64,000 nucleotides of DNA from Nageia nagi (GCA_050084985.1 JBITNC010000001.1:198214001-198278000), one strand, 5' to 3'. Numbered from the stretch's first letter, positions 13,367-26,037 are shown. Notes: generated by a model from the letters alone, not told the origin. Numbers and translations: made by a program.

Positions 13367-13821
13367 CCAAGCCTAAACCTAACTCTCCCTTTTGTTGACG
13401 TGTATTTCTTTTCCCCACACAGGAAAGGACACCGTCGATGAGTGGTGTAGCATTACTTACCCCCGCTTGAAAGGACTTTAACCCCAAGGTTTCTTCAAAT
13501 TATTATGGGCTTTAGGTTTTTGGTATAACACCTTTTAAGCAATGGTGGTTGATAGTCGACAAGATAGCTTCAGGGGAGGTATGTGCTTGGGGATGGTTAC
13601 TCACAATTATGCGGACCTATTAGGCTTTATCTCAATCAATGTTCACGTGGAAGCACACAAAGCAAAGGGAATATAAAGTGGGATACGAAAGATTTAACAA
13701 TTGAAAGAAGGATAAGTGATAGGGTCTCATTGTTGTGCAAGGTTTGAAGCTTTCATCTCTCAGATTTATTAGGAACTTCTACTAAGGTTATCAAGCATGG
13801 GAGGAAGCAACTGAGTTTGGA

Positions 13822-14960
13822 TGTAATGATATCAGCAAATTCAATTACAATCAAGTCAAACTAAGACATCCAATATGTAAATACAAACCCTATTATGCTA
13901 ACGTTGCATCTTCCTAACACATACACACCTCACAATGCCAACGATAGGCCAGAAACACAATATACAACACAATAATGCTCAACTCATGCACACAAGGAAC
14001 AATATGAACACAAAGTTGAGATCCAAATGAGCCCATGGCTTGTATTATGATCAACAATGAAGTACAATACAAAATATGCCCAAAGGGCTGATGTTAGCCT
14101 CCTGGAAGCTGAACTAGACGAACTATGGGACAGCAGTGCCTCCTCACAATTTGACTCCTCCCCATCGAAGGGGCCCTCCTCAGATCTGGATAACCACTCG
14201 CGTGGTAGAGACTCCGCCTCAGATCCACCGAATGGGCAATGGTGCTCCCCCAATTACTGTAGATTGTCAAGTTCCTTGTGCTTGCCAACCCCCTTAGGTG
14301 CTTCACCTATGGAATACACTTAGCACTCCACTAAAATTGTGTCCACCGGACGATGTAGAAGTGTAAGAGTAATAATAATCAAGTGCGTCCAACAAATGAG
14401 CCTCCAAGTCTTCTTATACTCTCAACCAGGTCCTAGATCTCACCTCGGAATCATCACTAGACTCTAAGGCCCTAACGTTAGCCTCCAAAGGGCCCGAGAT
14501 GCCCAACGTGGGTACCTAGGTATCAAGCATGCCAACGTGGGATTCTTGGGTGCCATAAATGCCAACACAAGGTCAAGGGATGCCACGCATGCCCATGTGG
14601 GTCTAGGTGCCATGCGTGGGAGCCTAGGTGTCTGTAATGGGCCAACATGGGGTCTAAGGGACTCCCCAAGGCTGGCGCAAGCATGCAATCCTCAATCCTG
14701 GTTAATTAATGTATACAAGCTCTTGGGATTCCCACAATCAAGTCCGAGATCTCCAAGTACATTAATATCTCCTATTCTTCACTTGGGAGGGAAATGTGCC
14801 ACTAGGGGCTCATAGTGGGGTCCATGGACCAATTAATTCTTATCCCAAGTTATACAAAACAATTACAAGATAACTTTTAAATAAACTCCAAAAGGAATGT
14901 TATTAAGATGTCCTTTTTGGCTCTTACATTATTTTTATATAGTACAAAAGGGATGTTACA
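13822..14960 (-). mobile_element. Solo LTR G (1139 bp) nested in E
   Basis: TGTAATGAT...GATGTTACA termini (TGTAACATCCC start on the minus strand), TSD ttgga/tagga, ~30 bp AACGTGGG subrepeats at 14470-14660; homologous to 3950-5079. Confidence 0.75.
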
Positions 14961-15745
14961 TAGGATCACTTCCAAGCGAGAGCACGGGGCAGTAGTTAGG
15001 GTGGACAAAGGGGTGAAGTGAAATATTCAATTATCTACGTCCCAATAGATAATTCCAACCAAATGTCATAAGAGTAAAGTAATTCAAAATACCACAACTT
15101 TATGCAAACCATAGAAACGGTCATTCATACATTTAAGAAAGACATTCAAATATATTTTCCTAAAGTACGAGACTTTCAAAGAAAATGCTTGTAAATGCAT
15201 AAACAACACAACAACATCATCATGTCATTTACATATCTATGATTCCATGAAATGAGAAACTGCACTTGCATTTAAAACAAAGTTTTCCAAAATGATAGAT
15301 CATACACACATTTAGAAACTTCAACTCCAAAGTGCTTTTCAAAAGATTTGCATTCAACTCAAAGAAAGACTATTAGGAAACATGCAACTTTTCATACATC
15401 AGAGGATTCTTGGTCTATCTATCTATATCTCTTTCTTTCTATTCTCCTCCCTCTCTTTCTCAAAAATGACCTAGCTAGGGTACTTATAGCATATGTCTAA
15501 CAAATTCATTAAATGAAGCGTCGCCCTAATATTAATTGCAGTGTTGCCCTAAACAACAAAACAACGCTAATACTACTTTGAAAAACATAAACCATCAACA
15601 AAGCAAAACTACGGCTACACAATACCACTCGAATGTCACATCACATCAAGTCTTCTTGCAGCTATGGGAGCAAAAACTCATTCGTCACAGCGTAAGTTAA
15701 AATAATAATTATCTTGAACTGAAAAATAAAATATGCATTTATCAA

Positions 15746-18700
15746 TCAACCCTTTGTAGGACCGGAAGCTAAACCGCAAGCAACATCAAAGACATCCTTG
15801 GAAATCCTATGGGACTTGTCATCAAAGAAAGCCCTAGCCTTGGAGAGCCCTATAGCAAGTACCCCTGCCAAGTCGTTATCCTTCTTGTTATGAAAATCCA
15901 AGATGTACTAAGAAGTGCATTCCATTTGGAATTTCCAAACGAGCAAATGTTGTTGATTCTCGATGTGTCCCTCCCCCAATAGGTTTACGTCCTTGGTAAA
16001 GATAAGCTCTCGGATGGTATTTTGAACTTCTTAAATCACGAGCTCAACTCTCCTCGCACTACTGTCTTCATTCATAAACCTGATTGGTTGCACAAACTGG
16101 CTCATCTAGAAGGTTAAGATAAACAACAAATTGGTCCTAGCCTTGGTCAAATTGTCACTTTCCCCTATTGCAAACCTTAGCCAACGCAGATGGTAGGCAA
16201 ATTCTTGGCAGAATTGTATCCTGCCTGCTTGTCCTGCTAACATTATTTTCAGATTCTAGATGGTTTGCTCATGGTTCTGAAAACCCTGCAGAAACTAGGA
16301 AATGGTTGCATTTGTGTTTTATTCTGCTTTCCACTCATCTGTGAGGGCAATCAATCAAAGTGAGAGCCATTGACCAAGGTCTCTTTGGTAATGGTGATAC
16401 CAATGTTCAGGGAGGCCTGTAATTTAATGTCTTCATGGACATTTTAGCGATTTCTATTTCCTTTACCAATTTATTTTTACCAACCACCTCCTTTATTGTA
16501 TTCTTCCTCTCGATACCTTGGTTGACCATCTCATCCACATTATAGTTAATGGCATGTTTGCGCCTAGCCCATCCAATCTTCTTAACTTTGAATTCTTCGA
16601 TATGGACCCGCAAATATTGAAGATCCTGTGGATGTTTCTTTTTTGAGTAGCACTTGTTGATGGTCATCGTGTCTTTTTTCATAGACATTAAAGTGTCGAG
16701 TTATTCGATGGGGGATTCCTTGGAGGCACTTTTCCTCTTCTTGCTAGATTCTTCATCATCACTGTGATAGCTCATTCGCAGATCCTTGATGACTACATCA
16801 ATATCAAAATTATATTTCTTTTGCGGACCAGAACTTTATGCAATATTAGCCAAGGTGGTATCTGTATTAGTGTGAGTGGAGTCTTTGGGGGTCTCCTCGA
16901 TTCTTAGCTGTTGGTTCTTAACATCATCCAGCTTATCTTTGATCCTTAATGGTTTGTTGCTGCCATGTTCCAGTTGCTTCTTTTTCTTCCTTTGCTCTTC
17001 ATCTTCACCGTTTCTTCCTCATCTCCACTACTCCCTGTTGCCGAGGTTTTGCTCAGCTTTGAGGGTTTGTCGAGGGTCATCTTGGGTGCTTCTTTCTTAG
17101 GAGATGACCATCGCTCCCTCCTCGGAGTAGTGGATTCAAAAGAAGCAACTTGCTTCTCAGATGCTGATCCAGTTGGTAAAGTTTCATTGGCTACTTCGGC
17201 TTCAGACTCTCCATCAACGTCCACAATCTGGGTGTCTCCCGTATCGAGCTGCGAGTCTTTGTCATCCTCATGTCCCCTTACTATTTCTCCTTCTCCTGAA
17301 TCAGACTCGGATGGACTAGAGGATTCGAAGGATGTCTTGGAATTTGAGGACAAACTAGAATGATGAGGCGAATTAGGCCCTTCTAGCTGATTTACAGCAA
17401 GTGCTTTGCTCTTATGTGTGAGCCTCCACCTCAATAGGTTCAGGAAACTTAACTTCTACATGATATTCTATGGTTGTCAAGAGATTAGGGATGGCCAAGG
17501 GATTTTTAGCCCTGACCGACATTATAGGCATTATAGGGACATCCTTTGGGGTAGCATCCTCGAGTTGTTGCAATGGAAAATCAGGGTACCTAGTTTCAGC
17601 TATAATATGGACATCTTGGTAATTTCTTTCACAACAGAATGGATTTCTGGTAGAGAGTTGCCTTAGGTAGCATGCTCGCCTACCCGCCCTTGGCATCTCC
17701 TCACTCTTGTTGAAGAGGTAGATTTCTCACCTGGAGCCGCTTGGGATTTGTCTAGATTTTGGATTCTTCGATCAATCCAGCCTTCTGCTGCCAACACTTG
17801 ATGTACCTCCTGAATTTGCTTATCATCTCTTTTATTCATGTATCTCTCCTTGTCTCCTAGAGACCTGTGATCATAAATTATTGGGTTTCTAAAGGTTCTT
17901 CTGTAGAAGACCTGAATTTGCCCTTCAGGATCATAATGAGAAGCTGCCTGCTCCTCGGAGAAGTGATAATAAGACAACTTCGTCCTCATCTCCTTGGCCT
18001 CCTGCCAAGTTGAACAAGTATATTCCTCGATGGAAATGGGGAGGTTTCTTGTGGCATTCTTTTTTTCCATATATTTTCGTGTAGAAACAGCAATTGCTTG
18101 CAAAATTCCATGAGAATTAACCGATTATTAGCATGGCGAGGCAAGAGATATGGCCTGAACTCATAACCGTAGACCCGAATATATGTATATGAGGGGTCAT
18201 CTAAGAACTAATCCACATGCCCCCAGATGGCTTCTACAGAAGAATATGATATCCTTTTCACCATTTGCCTTCCCTTTATCTCCTTGTATATTTGGTATTC
18301 CCATCCGAATCGCATAATGATCCCACCTGGATTCCAACCACCATTTGGGATAAGCCTTCCATGTAGGTTTCGTTGGATCATTCAAATGTTTTGTATCTAC
18401 ATGGGCCGACTTTCTATTTTTGCCATGGAGAAGGAGATTGACAAGATATGAATTCATGTGGAACCTCTTCGAAGAGCCAATATGAGCCAATTGATAGAGG
18501 GGGGAATCGTTGATTATTTTTCTCCATCAGATCCTTTGCCTATTCCCAATTACAACAATGAAACCGATGAATTCCTTTTTGAACTTGAGGTTGTCCTCTT
18601 TACTGGTGACCCAAGACAACATACTGATAATCATTGAGACAATGGGATAGAAATGTTGTCTCTTTGCGTTAATTAATTTATTCCCAATGAATTCTTTGCT

Positions 18701-19204
18701 TTCGTTCTCGAGCCAATCTTGGATGAGATCTCCAGCTCGTTGAGATTTCTCGTAATAATCCAGGGAATCCTTTTCGGTGTAGATGACCCCTTCGTTACTC
18801 CAAACGAAAGCCTACTCGATGCCCTCCGAGGAGAAATTGAGGATCTTATTGCCATCTGTGTCATAAAGAGCATGAGTTTTGTAGTTGGCATGCTTACCAA
18901 CTTCGTAACAAGGCTTGGGGAAAGGTGTGGCAAACAAGATAATGGTGGCCATGGCCAATCCGAAGGTACAAATGACTTCATTAAGCATTTGATTCTTTTC
19001 TAAACTGTTGATGGATTGCAAAGTCCAACTGGGATCAGTATGTGACTAGTAAGTATCCCGAATATTGGAGAGATTATTCTTGAACTTGGCTTCTTTCAAG
19101 GGATCTTTGGGGTTCTCCTTGGTGAATTTGATCCGAGTGGGTTCAGTCAACCTTGCTAGCTGAAGCTCTCAAGTCTTTCTCAATTTGGAGTTTATCTTTG
19201 ACAT
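15746..19204 (-). pseudogene. Degenerate ~1150-codon accessory ORF inside element E (globular N-terminal domain, S/E/D-rich linker with basic patches, helical C-terminus)
   Basis: ATG at 19204 (MSKINSKLRK) follows a TTTGTTTTATAG acceptor-like site. Collinear ORF fragments at 19021-18812, 18490-18197 (FHMNSYLVNLLL), YIRVYGYEFRPYLLPRHANNRLILMEF near 18190-18100, 18103-17663, 17434-16946 and 16688-16407, ending ...GLASGPTKG* at 15746. No RT, IN or PR motifs. Confidence 0.75.
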
Positions 19205-19484
19205 CTTGATCCTATAAAACAAATCAAGCTAGTGTGGATTGGACTAACTGATGAACACAATGGAATGGTACGAGTGGGACGAGTATGGTGTATAATGCCT
19301 AGCAATCCTGTATGCCATTTGAGATGAAGAAGATGGTGTACCAATGCAAGTGAGACTTGAGACTTAATGCTTATGACAAAAGGTGGTCAATTTCCTTGCA
19401 TGCAACGTCCACAATATGAGCCTCAAACAATTAATGCATATGCACATCTTTAGCTCATGAGACCCATGTGAATGCATGAAAGCT

Positions 19485-20989
19485 TGGTCGCACCTTTCAA
19501 GAATGTTAGCTTTTCATCTTAGATGGATGATACGACCAGACATGAAGGTTAACCTTATGGGACGTGACCAAAATGAAGGGACAACGTACAAACACAAATA
19601 ATAGACGACTAACTAAATAAAACTAAATTTGGGTGAGCATCTAAGTGTGGGACCCCTTCCTAAAAATGAGACTTCTTTGATGCATGCACGGAAAATCCAA
19701 GACAAAGATGCAAATATGACTCATATGGATCGTGCGACCATGCAACTTTGATTAAACTTGCAATTCCAATGGGCACAGTGTTTTCAAAAGACGGATCCTT
19801 ATCTTCTTGAGACTTTGCGACCATGCATCCTTAAGATGGCCGTTGCAAAATGAAGCCAATGCAAATTTTAATGACTAAAAAAAAGCTGGCCAATAAATGT
19901 GGGCCGTTTGACTTTAATGCAAAAAAGGTTGTCACATACTCCAAGAAGGGTGCAAATGTGACTTAGTAAAACCATGCGACTAGCCCTAGGAAGGGGAAGG
20001 GATTTGCAAAATTGACCAAGTCCTCTACTCTTATAGCCATTTTGATTGCCAGGTGGTAACACTTTAAGTGTCAAATGAAGGATTTTCAACAAGTGTCCAA
20101 TCCCATGCAAAATATTGTGGTCACACCTCTCCCAAAAGATGCAAATGTATCTCCTTCAAACCATGCGACCATGGATAGGGGTCCCAAAGGCCAACACTTA
20201 GTCAAAACAAAGAAAAAAAAAGGAGGTGGTCGCATGGTTCCCAAAAGATGCAAATATAAACTTTTCAAACCATGTGACCAACAAGAAAAGTCCCAAAATG
20301 GACAACTTTAACCAATCTTCGGCCCAAGAGTGCAAAAAGGGGTGTTCGTGCCCTTTTCAAAGATAGAAGTACAACTTTTCCTAACCAGGCGAACAGCCTT
20401 TAAAGGTATAAGCTAACGCTTAGCTGAATTCTAAAGACCAAAACATAGGAATGGGGTGGTCGCACCCTAAGAAGAAGATGAAATTGTAACTTTTGCCAAC
20501 CATGTGACCACCTTGGAGCAACACATTGGACCAGCTGAAGTAAAAATAAAATTACTCTACTTACTTTTATATTGGCCTATCATGCCACGTGTCCACTGCC
20601 GAATGGCTAGAATGGAGATCGAATGAGATCATGAAGGTCAAAATGGGGGTGGTCGCATGTCTCCCAAAAGATGCAAATGTAACCCTTGGAAATCATGCGA
20701 CCAACTTGAAGGATGGATTTAAAGCATGCTTAGCCAATTTATAGGCTCAAAATTGTATTGAAGGGGTGGTTGCACCTTTTCTAAAAGATGGAAAGGTGAC
20801 TTTTTAAAACTGTGCGACCACCTTTGACTTAACAGATTTCCAACCTTTTGCTTTAGTCTCTTGCCTTTTTATAGACCATTTCAGGTGCCAAGCGTTATCA
20901 AAGGGGCAGTTATTTTAGAGGGAAAGTAAGGATTATGATTGCAACCTTAAAAATAGACAAAAATATATCCTCCCTTAGCCACACGATCA
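19485..20989. repeat. Array of ~11 inverted-ended 54 bp units (TGGTCGCA-N38-TGCGACCA) in the U3 of E
   Basis: Units at 19485-19538, 19929-19982, 20118-20171, 20227-20280, 20343-20395, 20457-20510, 20650-20703, 20767-20820 and 20936-20989, plus partial units ending at 19740 and 19823. Shared core AAAGATGCAAATGT. Confidence 0.85.
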
Positions 20990-23460
20990 CCACTTTTGAT
21001 GTGAAAATTTGGTGATTTTGCATGAAACATGATTGGACCATCATCCGACACCTGCATTTCCTTCGTTTTCTTACTTGCATGGATACCTAAAAAGCATTCT
21101 TTCATTTGTTGTAAGCAAGTATTCTGGGTGAATTTTAAAGTTGCACTTCGAGCTCACCTAGCTAGCTTATCTTCATTATGCTCCGAAAAGTGGTTCTCCC
21201 AAAGCTCAATTCTTGCTAAGTTCCATTGTCATCCTTTGATTGAGGGTCCCCAAATTTGTAAAAAATTAGGGGGGTGTTGCTTTGTCAACACCTTCCAAGG
21301 AAATCCTCAACCACAAGAGTACACTCCCACAAACTCTTCCAAGAAAAAAGAAAATTCCCCTATCACTTGCACCTATGTGGGAAGAGTCATGCAACACCAA
21401 AATGTTGGAAGAAATTACAAGACTTAGAAGATGCCAAGAAGAAACACAAAATTGATGTTCATAGCAACGCCATTAATGTTCAAGGAAAATACACTAAGTC
21501 TTGTTCTGAAACTTGGGTTTTCGATTTTGAAGCTACCCACAATATGACTCCTTCAAAGGAGTCCTTTACCTCACTTGGTTTGAGTTCCACATCCAGTATT
21601 GAGGTTGGTGATTCCTCTTTCATTCCCGTACGAGGGAAAGGTTATATTCTTATCAATGGTGGCCGAATCAATGATGTTTTATATATGTCATATATTTTTG
21701 CTAGTCTCCTTTTTATCTACCAAATTTGCAATTATGGGAAGAGAAAGACAGTTTTGTTCACTCCTCATGGAGTTGAGATTAAAAGTTTGTTGGAGCCTCA
21801 ATCGCTTATAACACAAGGGGTTGTTGATCATAGTGCTAGCCTTTATCACTTTGAAGGCTTTGATGACACTTCTTCAAGTGCATGCCTTGTTGAAATTTTG
21901 GTATGAATGGTTTGGTCATCTTAACTACAAATATTTGAAAGAATTGAGCACTCATGACATGGTAATTGGCTTGCCTAAGGTGTCTTGTCCTGATGGTGTT
22001 TGTCCTGGTTGTACACTTAGGAAACAACATCAAGATCCTTTTCCCAAAGGTATGTCACATAGAGCTTTTGCACCCTTGGAGTTACTTTATAGTGATTTGA
22101 TGGTTTTCCATCATCCCTCGTTTAATGGAGCTAAGTATGCATTTTTTCTCAAGTACAAAAGTGTTGTTTTCTCTCACTTCAAAGTCTTCAACACTTTGGT
22201 TGAGAATCAAACTTCTTCGTGTATCAAGAAGCTTCACGCAGATAATGATGGTGAGTACTTCAGTATTGAGTTTTCAGACTTCTTGGCTACACATGGGATT
22301 ATTCATCAACATTTTGTCCCACACACACCCTGTTGGGTGTTTTTCTTTCCTAACCTGGAGTAGTGAAAAAAAAACGGGCCAACACCTCAGGTGAAGGGAC
22401 ATTACTCCCTCCTGCTATGGGGACTGGTTACCCCAAAGGTTAGCTTCACGACTTATGTGAAAATAACCTAGGGGACGGCTGAGATGTTTAAAGCTACAAC
22501 CAACATGAATATCATCTATGGATTCAAGGGACTCTGAGTTCTACGTTTGGGCTTCAATTAGGCTGTTTCTGAAAAATGCTGAAAAGGGAAATCGGGGGTG
22601 CAAAGACCTTGGAAAAAATGTGTAAAATAAAATAAAATAAAACAAAGAAAAATGGTGGAAAGACCATGAGCAATCGGATGCGATGTAGGTATACAAACTC
22701 ACAGGCTTGAGACAAGTCCTTGAAAGTCGACTCACTTGGGCTCGTTGCACATTCCAAGCACCCACTATCCAATCCACTAGCCAACAACACGAATAGCTTA
22801 GTGAACAGAGCGTTAAGCCATGGCAAAGAGACAAGGCGGGACAGGGGTAGAACGGAAGGACCTAGGTGAAGTTCCTACGGTGAGCAACATTAGTGAGACA
22901 TTCCAAGGTAACCCAGCCTAAACTGCAAATAGTGAGGTACCATCAACAAGATGTCAATCAATCACTTCGCAAGATATCCAAGCAATCTCTTGTCCACTTC
23001 AATGAAATTTACAAGCTGCACCAAGTAAATCAGATTAACACCAAGCAATGATAGAACAAAACACTGATAGCACTATCAATCATTCATTCATATTCACTAT
23101 TCCAACATGAGCAAGCATCTAGATCACAATAGCATCCACATACACCACATTTAACAATTAAGAGAAATTTTGGTTTGCAAGCAAAAGTTCTTCCAATTGA
23201 TAAATTGTCAATCCCCCTACAAATGAATCAAAATAGGGTATAAATAGTCTTAGGAGCAAACAAAAGCATTGCCCTAACCTTAATCAAGAAATAAAGTGCG
23301 GTCCAACATAAATACGCCACTTGGCATTACAAAGTCTCTTCCAAAACTGTGGGAGCGAATCTTCATCCTTCACAAGTTTGGGAATAAAACAATATTTAGA
23401 AATGTCTTTGCTAGAAAATAAGACTTTTGAAACATAAATTAAAATAATTTAAAATATCAT

Positions 23461-23940
23461 CTAGGCCAATGGTGGGCCCAAGCCTGCAACTCGATCCTCG
23501 AAGCTATCAGCTAAGAATCTCGCCATGAGCTCTAATCCGCGCAACATCTCCGAGAACTTCAGCATGCTCACAGCAACAATGTCCTCAACCTCGTCCACCA
23601 ACTTCTACATCTCAACCTTCCACGTGTGAGCTTGCAGCATATGCCTCAAGTGACTCCTAGACTAGTAGGAGTTTACGTCCTCCGTCAAAATCAAGCTATG
23701 AAGATGTCTAACCTCTATCACTACTACATCAGCGTCCCAAATGGTGGTGTCCTCCAAGAAAGGAACTAGAAAATCCATCTACTCAATGCATGAGTGGGCC
23801 TTGTTGTTGATCATGGCCACCTCCTTCTTAGTCCCCTGAAAACGAGTGAGCACTTGATTGATCACACCCCAGTAGAACCAATAGTCCTCACAAAACTTAA
23901 CATCCTCGAGTCTTTGAGCTTGTGTTGAATTTCATGCCCA
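23461..23940 (-). pseudogene. ORF remnant inside solo LTR F, homologous to the C-terminus of the ORF in E
   Basis: Manual translation VINQVLTRFQGTKKEVAMINNKAH...VVVIEVRHLHSLILTEDVNSY*SRSHLRHMLQAHTWKVEM*KLVDEVED...AGLGPPLA*. One frame with three internal TAG codons. Confidence 0.65.
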
Positions 23941-23979
23941 TCTGGCCATGACCAAACGTGGGGGGTTCCGGAGACCCTC

Positions 23980-24955
23980 AGGCTTGGCACATGGCCAAAA
24001 AAGACAAGATTTTGTCTTTCTGGATCATGCGCCAGCCTTGGGGATGAATGTACTCCCCACATTGGCCTTCCTTGCTCTTTGCTCATTCAACTTGACCTTG
24101 AAGCCCATCCCGAGACCTAATCTTGCCTGGTTCTTGCTCTTTCAGGGCCCAAGCTCGTCAATTTCGCCCTTTAAGCTCAACCGAGACGCTCCCCAAGCTT
24201 GGCACATGGTTTAAAAAGTCATGTTTTTGTCTTTTCAAATCATGCACCCATCCCTCCAGCCTTCCTAGTTTGGGCACATGGTCTAGAAAGTCAAGATTGT
24301 CTTTTTGGGGAATGTGCTAGGTTGCAGGTGACCAAATTTGCTTCGTCTTGGTCTTCTGCTCCTGGGACTTAGCCAAATTTTCAAGTTCACTGTGTTCTGG
24401 TGTCTTCTAAGGCTTGGCGCATGCTCCCAAAAGTCAAAATTTTTTCTTTTTAAGGCATGCGTCAACCCCTTTGGTCATGCTGGAGCTGGATCCAAGCTTC
24501 GAAACTCCATGCCTTAGCCAATTTTCACATTTCAGCTCAATTGAATGCCTTCCTAGGCTTGGCTCATGCTCCTAAAAGACAAAATTTTGTCTTTTTGAGG
24601 CATCATCCAGCCTCCTGGGTGAGTGTACTTTGATCTTCTGAGTCTCAAGTTCATCCTACCGACCTCTTGGCTTGGGTGCATGCTTCCAAAAGACAATTTT
24701 ATTTCTTTTTGGGGCATGCACCAACCTTGAAATGTTTGAAGTCAGTTTTTTAGAGCCTCCATTCCGTCTTGGGCATCTTTCTTAGCCTAGCACATGCCCT
24801 AGAAAGACGATCTTGTCTTTTCATGGCATGTGCCGAGTTCAGGAGTGACCCAATTTGTACTTCCAAACTTGAACTTTGAATGAGGCGTCATCTTGGCCCA
24901 AGCACACATCCCAGAATGACACAATTTTGTCTTCCTAAACCATGCACCAAGCCTG
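23980..24955. repeat. Array of 8 hairpin-type 48-50 bp units in the U3 of F
   Basis: TGGCACATG..AAAAGAC-loop-GTCTTTT..CATG(C/T)GCCA units start near 23985, 24200, 24272, 24415, 24560, 24674, 24788 and 24900, separated by variable spacers. Confidence 0.85.
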
Positions 24956-26037
24956 CGAGTGGCCCAGATTCGCCTTGCTTAGTTTCTACTTGACTCAAGT
25001 TTCCCAGTTTCACCTAAACTTGACTTAGATTCCCCAGACTTAGCCATTTTTTGAGGGTCTTAGCTCTTCAACATGACACGACCAAGACTGGGTGGTTGAC
25101 TACACTTAGGTGATGGGATGATAGGCATGATTTTGAGTCAATTGAAGATGGGGAGAATCTGTACTGACTAGGTGCCAAGCAAGTGTAAATTGCAGAGGGT
25201 CCCCAAAATTGCGAAATTTTGGGGCAAGTTGTGTAGGGCACAACACACCCCAGCAAAATGGTCTAGCAAAGAGGAAAAACTATAGTTTGAAAGAGGTGGC
25301 AAATTGCATGATGCACTATAGGGATTTACCAACCATTTTTTGGCTGAGGCTATTAATTGTGCAAACTATATTCAGAATCACACACCCCATAGAGCTCTTC
25401 ATCACATGACTCCTGAAGAAGCTTGGTCTAGAACTAAGTCGGATGTCTCCTTTTTCAGAGTTTTCGGAAGTCATGCTTGGGCACATATTTAGAAGAAGAA
25501 AAGAAAGGCCAACCACTCATTTTTGTTGGCTATTGTGAGGATATGAAGGCTTATCATCTTGTTGATCCTACTACACATGATGTCTTACACTTGATGTTTC
25601 TCCTAATCCACCACTTGTTGATCTAATTTCGAACTCTTCTAATGCAAAGTCTACTATTGAGGATCTTCCACCAGTTGCCACTATGCCTTAGTGGGCCCAC
25701 ACTACAATTGAGAGGCAACCCCTTTCATTCAAGATCTTCCACCTTCCATGCAAATTCTCTCATCAGGCACTGGTCTTGTTTTTCAAACAGTCTCAAGTGA
25801 TCCACAGTCGTTTTCATAGGCTCATGGGATACTAAACTAGAATGATGCTATGGTAGCAAAGTATTCTTCTTTGATGAAGAATAAAACTTGGGATCGTGTT
25901 CCTCTTCCTCAAGGAAGAAAGATGGTTTGATATAAATGGGTGTATTGAACCAAGTATGCCGCAAATGGCTCCATTGACAAGTACAAAGCCCATCTAGTTG
26001 CTAAGGATTTTTCTTAGATTGAAGGTATTAACTACAC

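Larger units (their letters stand above)
13393..21290 (-). mobile_element. Giant solo-LTR-like element E (7.9 kb including nested G) carrying an internal ORF
   Basis: TGTTGAC...GTCAACA termini and TSD ccttt/ccttc. Neither terminus recurs inside. No PBS, PPT, gag or pol found. Ends resemble solo LTRs C and F. TATA-like CTATAAGTA (minus strand) at ~15485 is followed by a GA-rich R-like region. Confidence 0.82.
22331..25245 (-). mobile_element. Large solo LTR F (2915 bp) in the integrase of Copia B; same lineage as C and E
   Basis: TGTTG...CAACA termini and perfect TSD caccc/caccc. The integrase frame PHTP|QQNG rejoins on removal. TATTTATA (minus strand) at ~23240. No PBS, PPT or pol. Confidence 0.9.

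Noticed and set aside
23980-24955. Palindromic repeat and spacer layout resembling a CRISPR array (also 19485-20989 and 36631-36742)
   Set aside because: Eukaryotic LTR or SINE context, degenerate repeats, irregular or absent spacers, and no cas genes.
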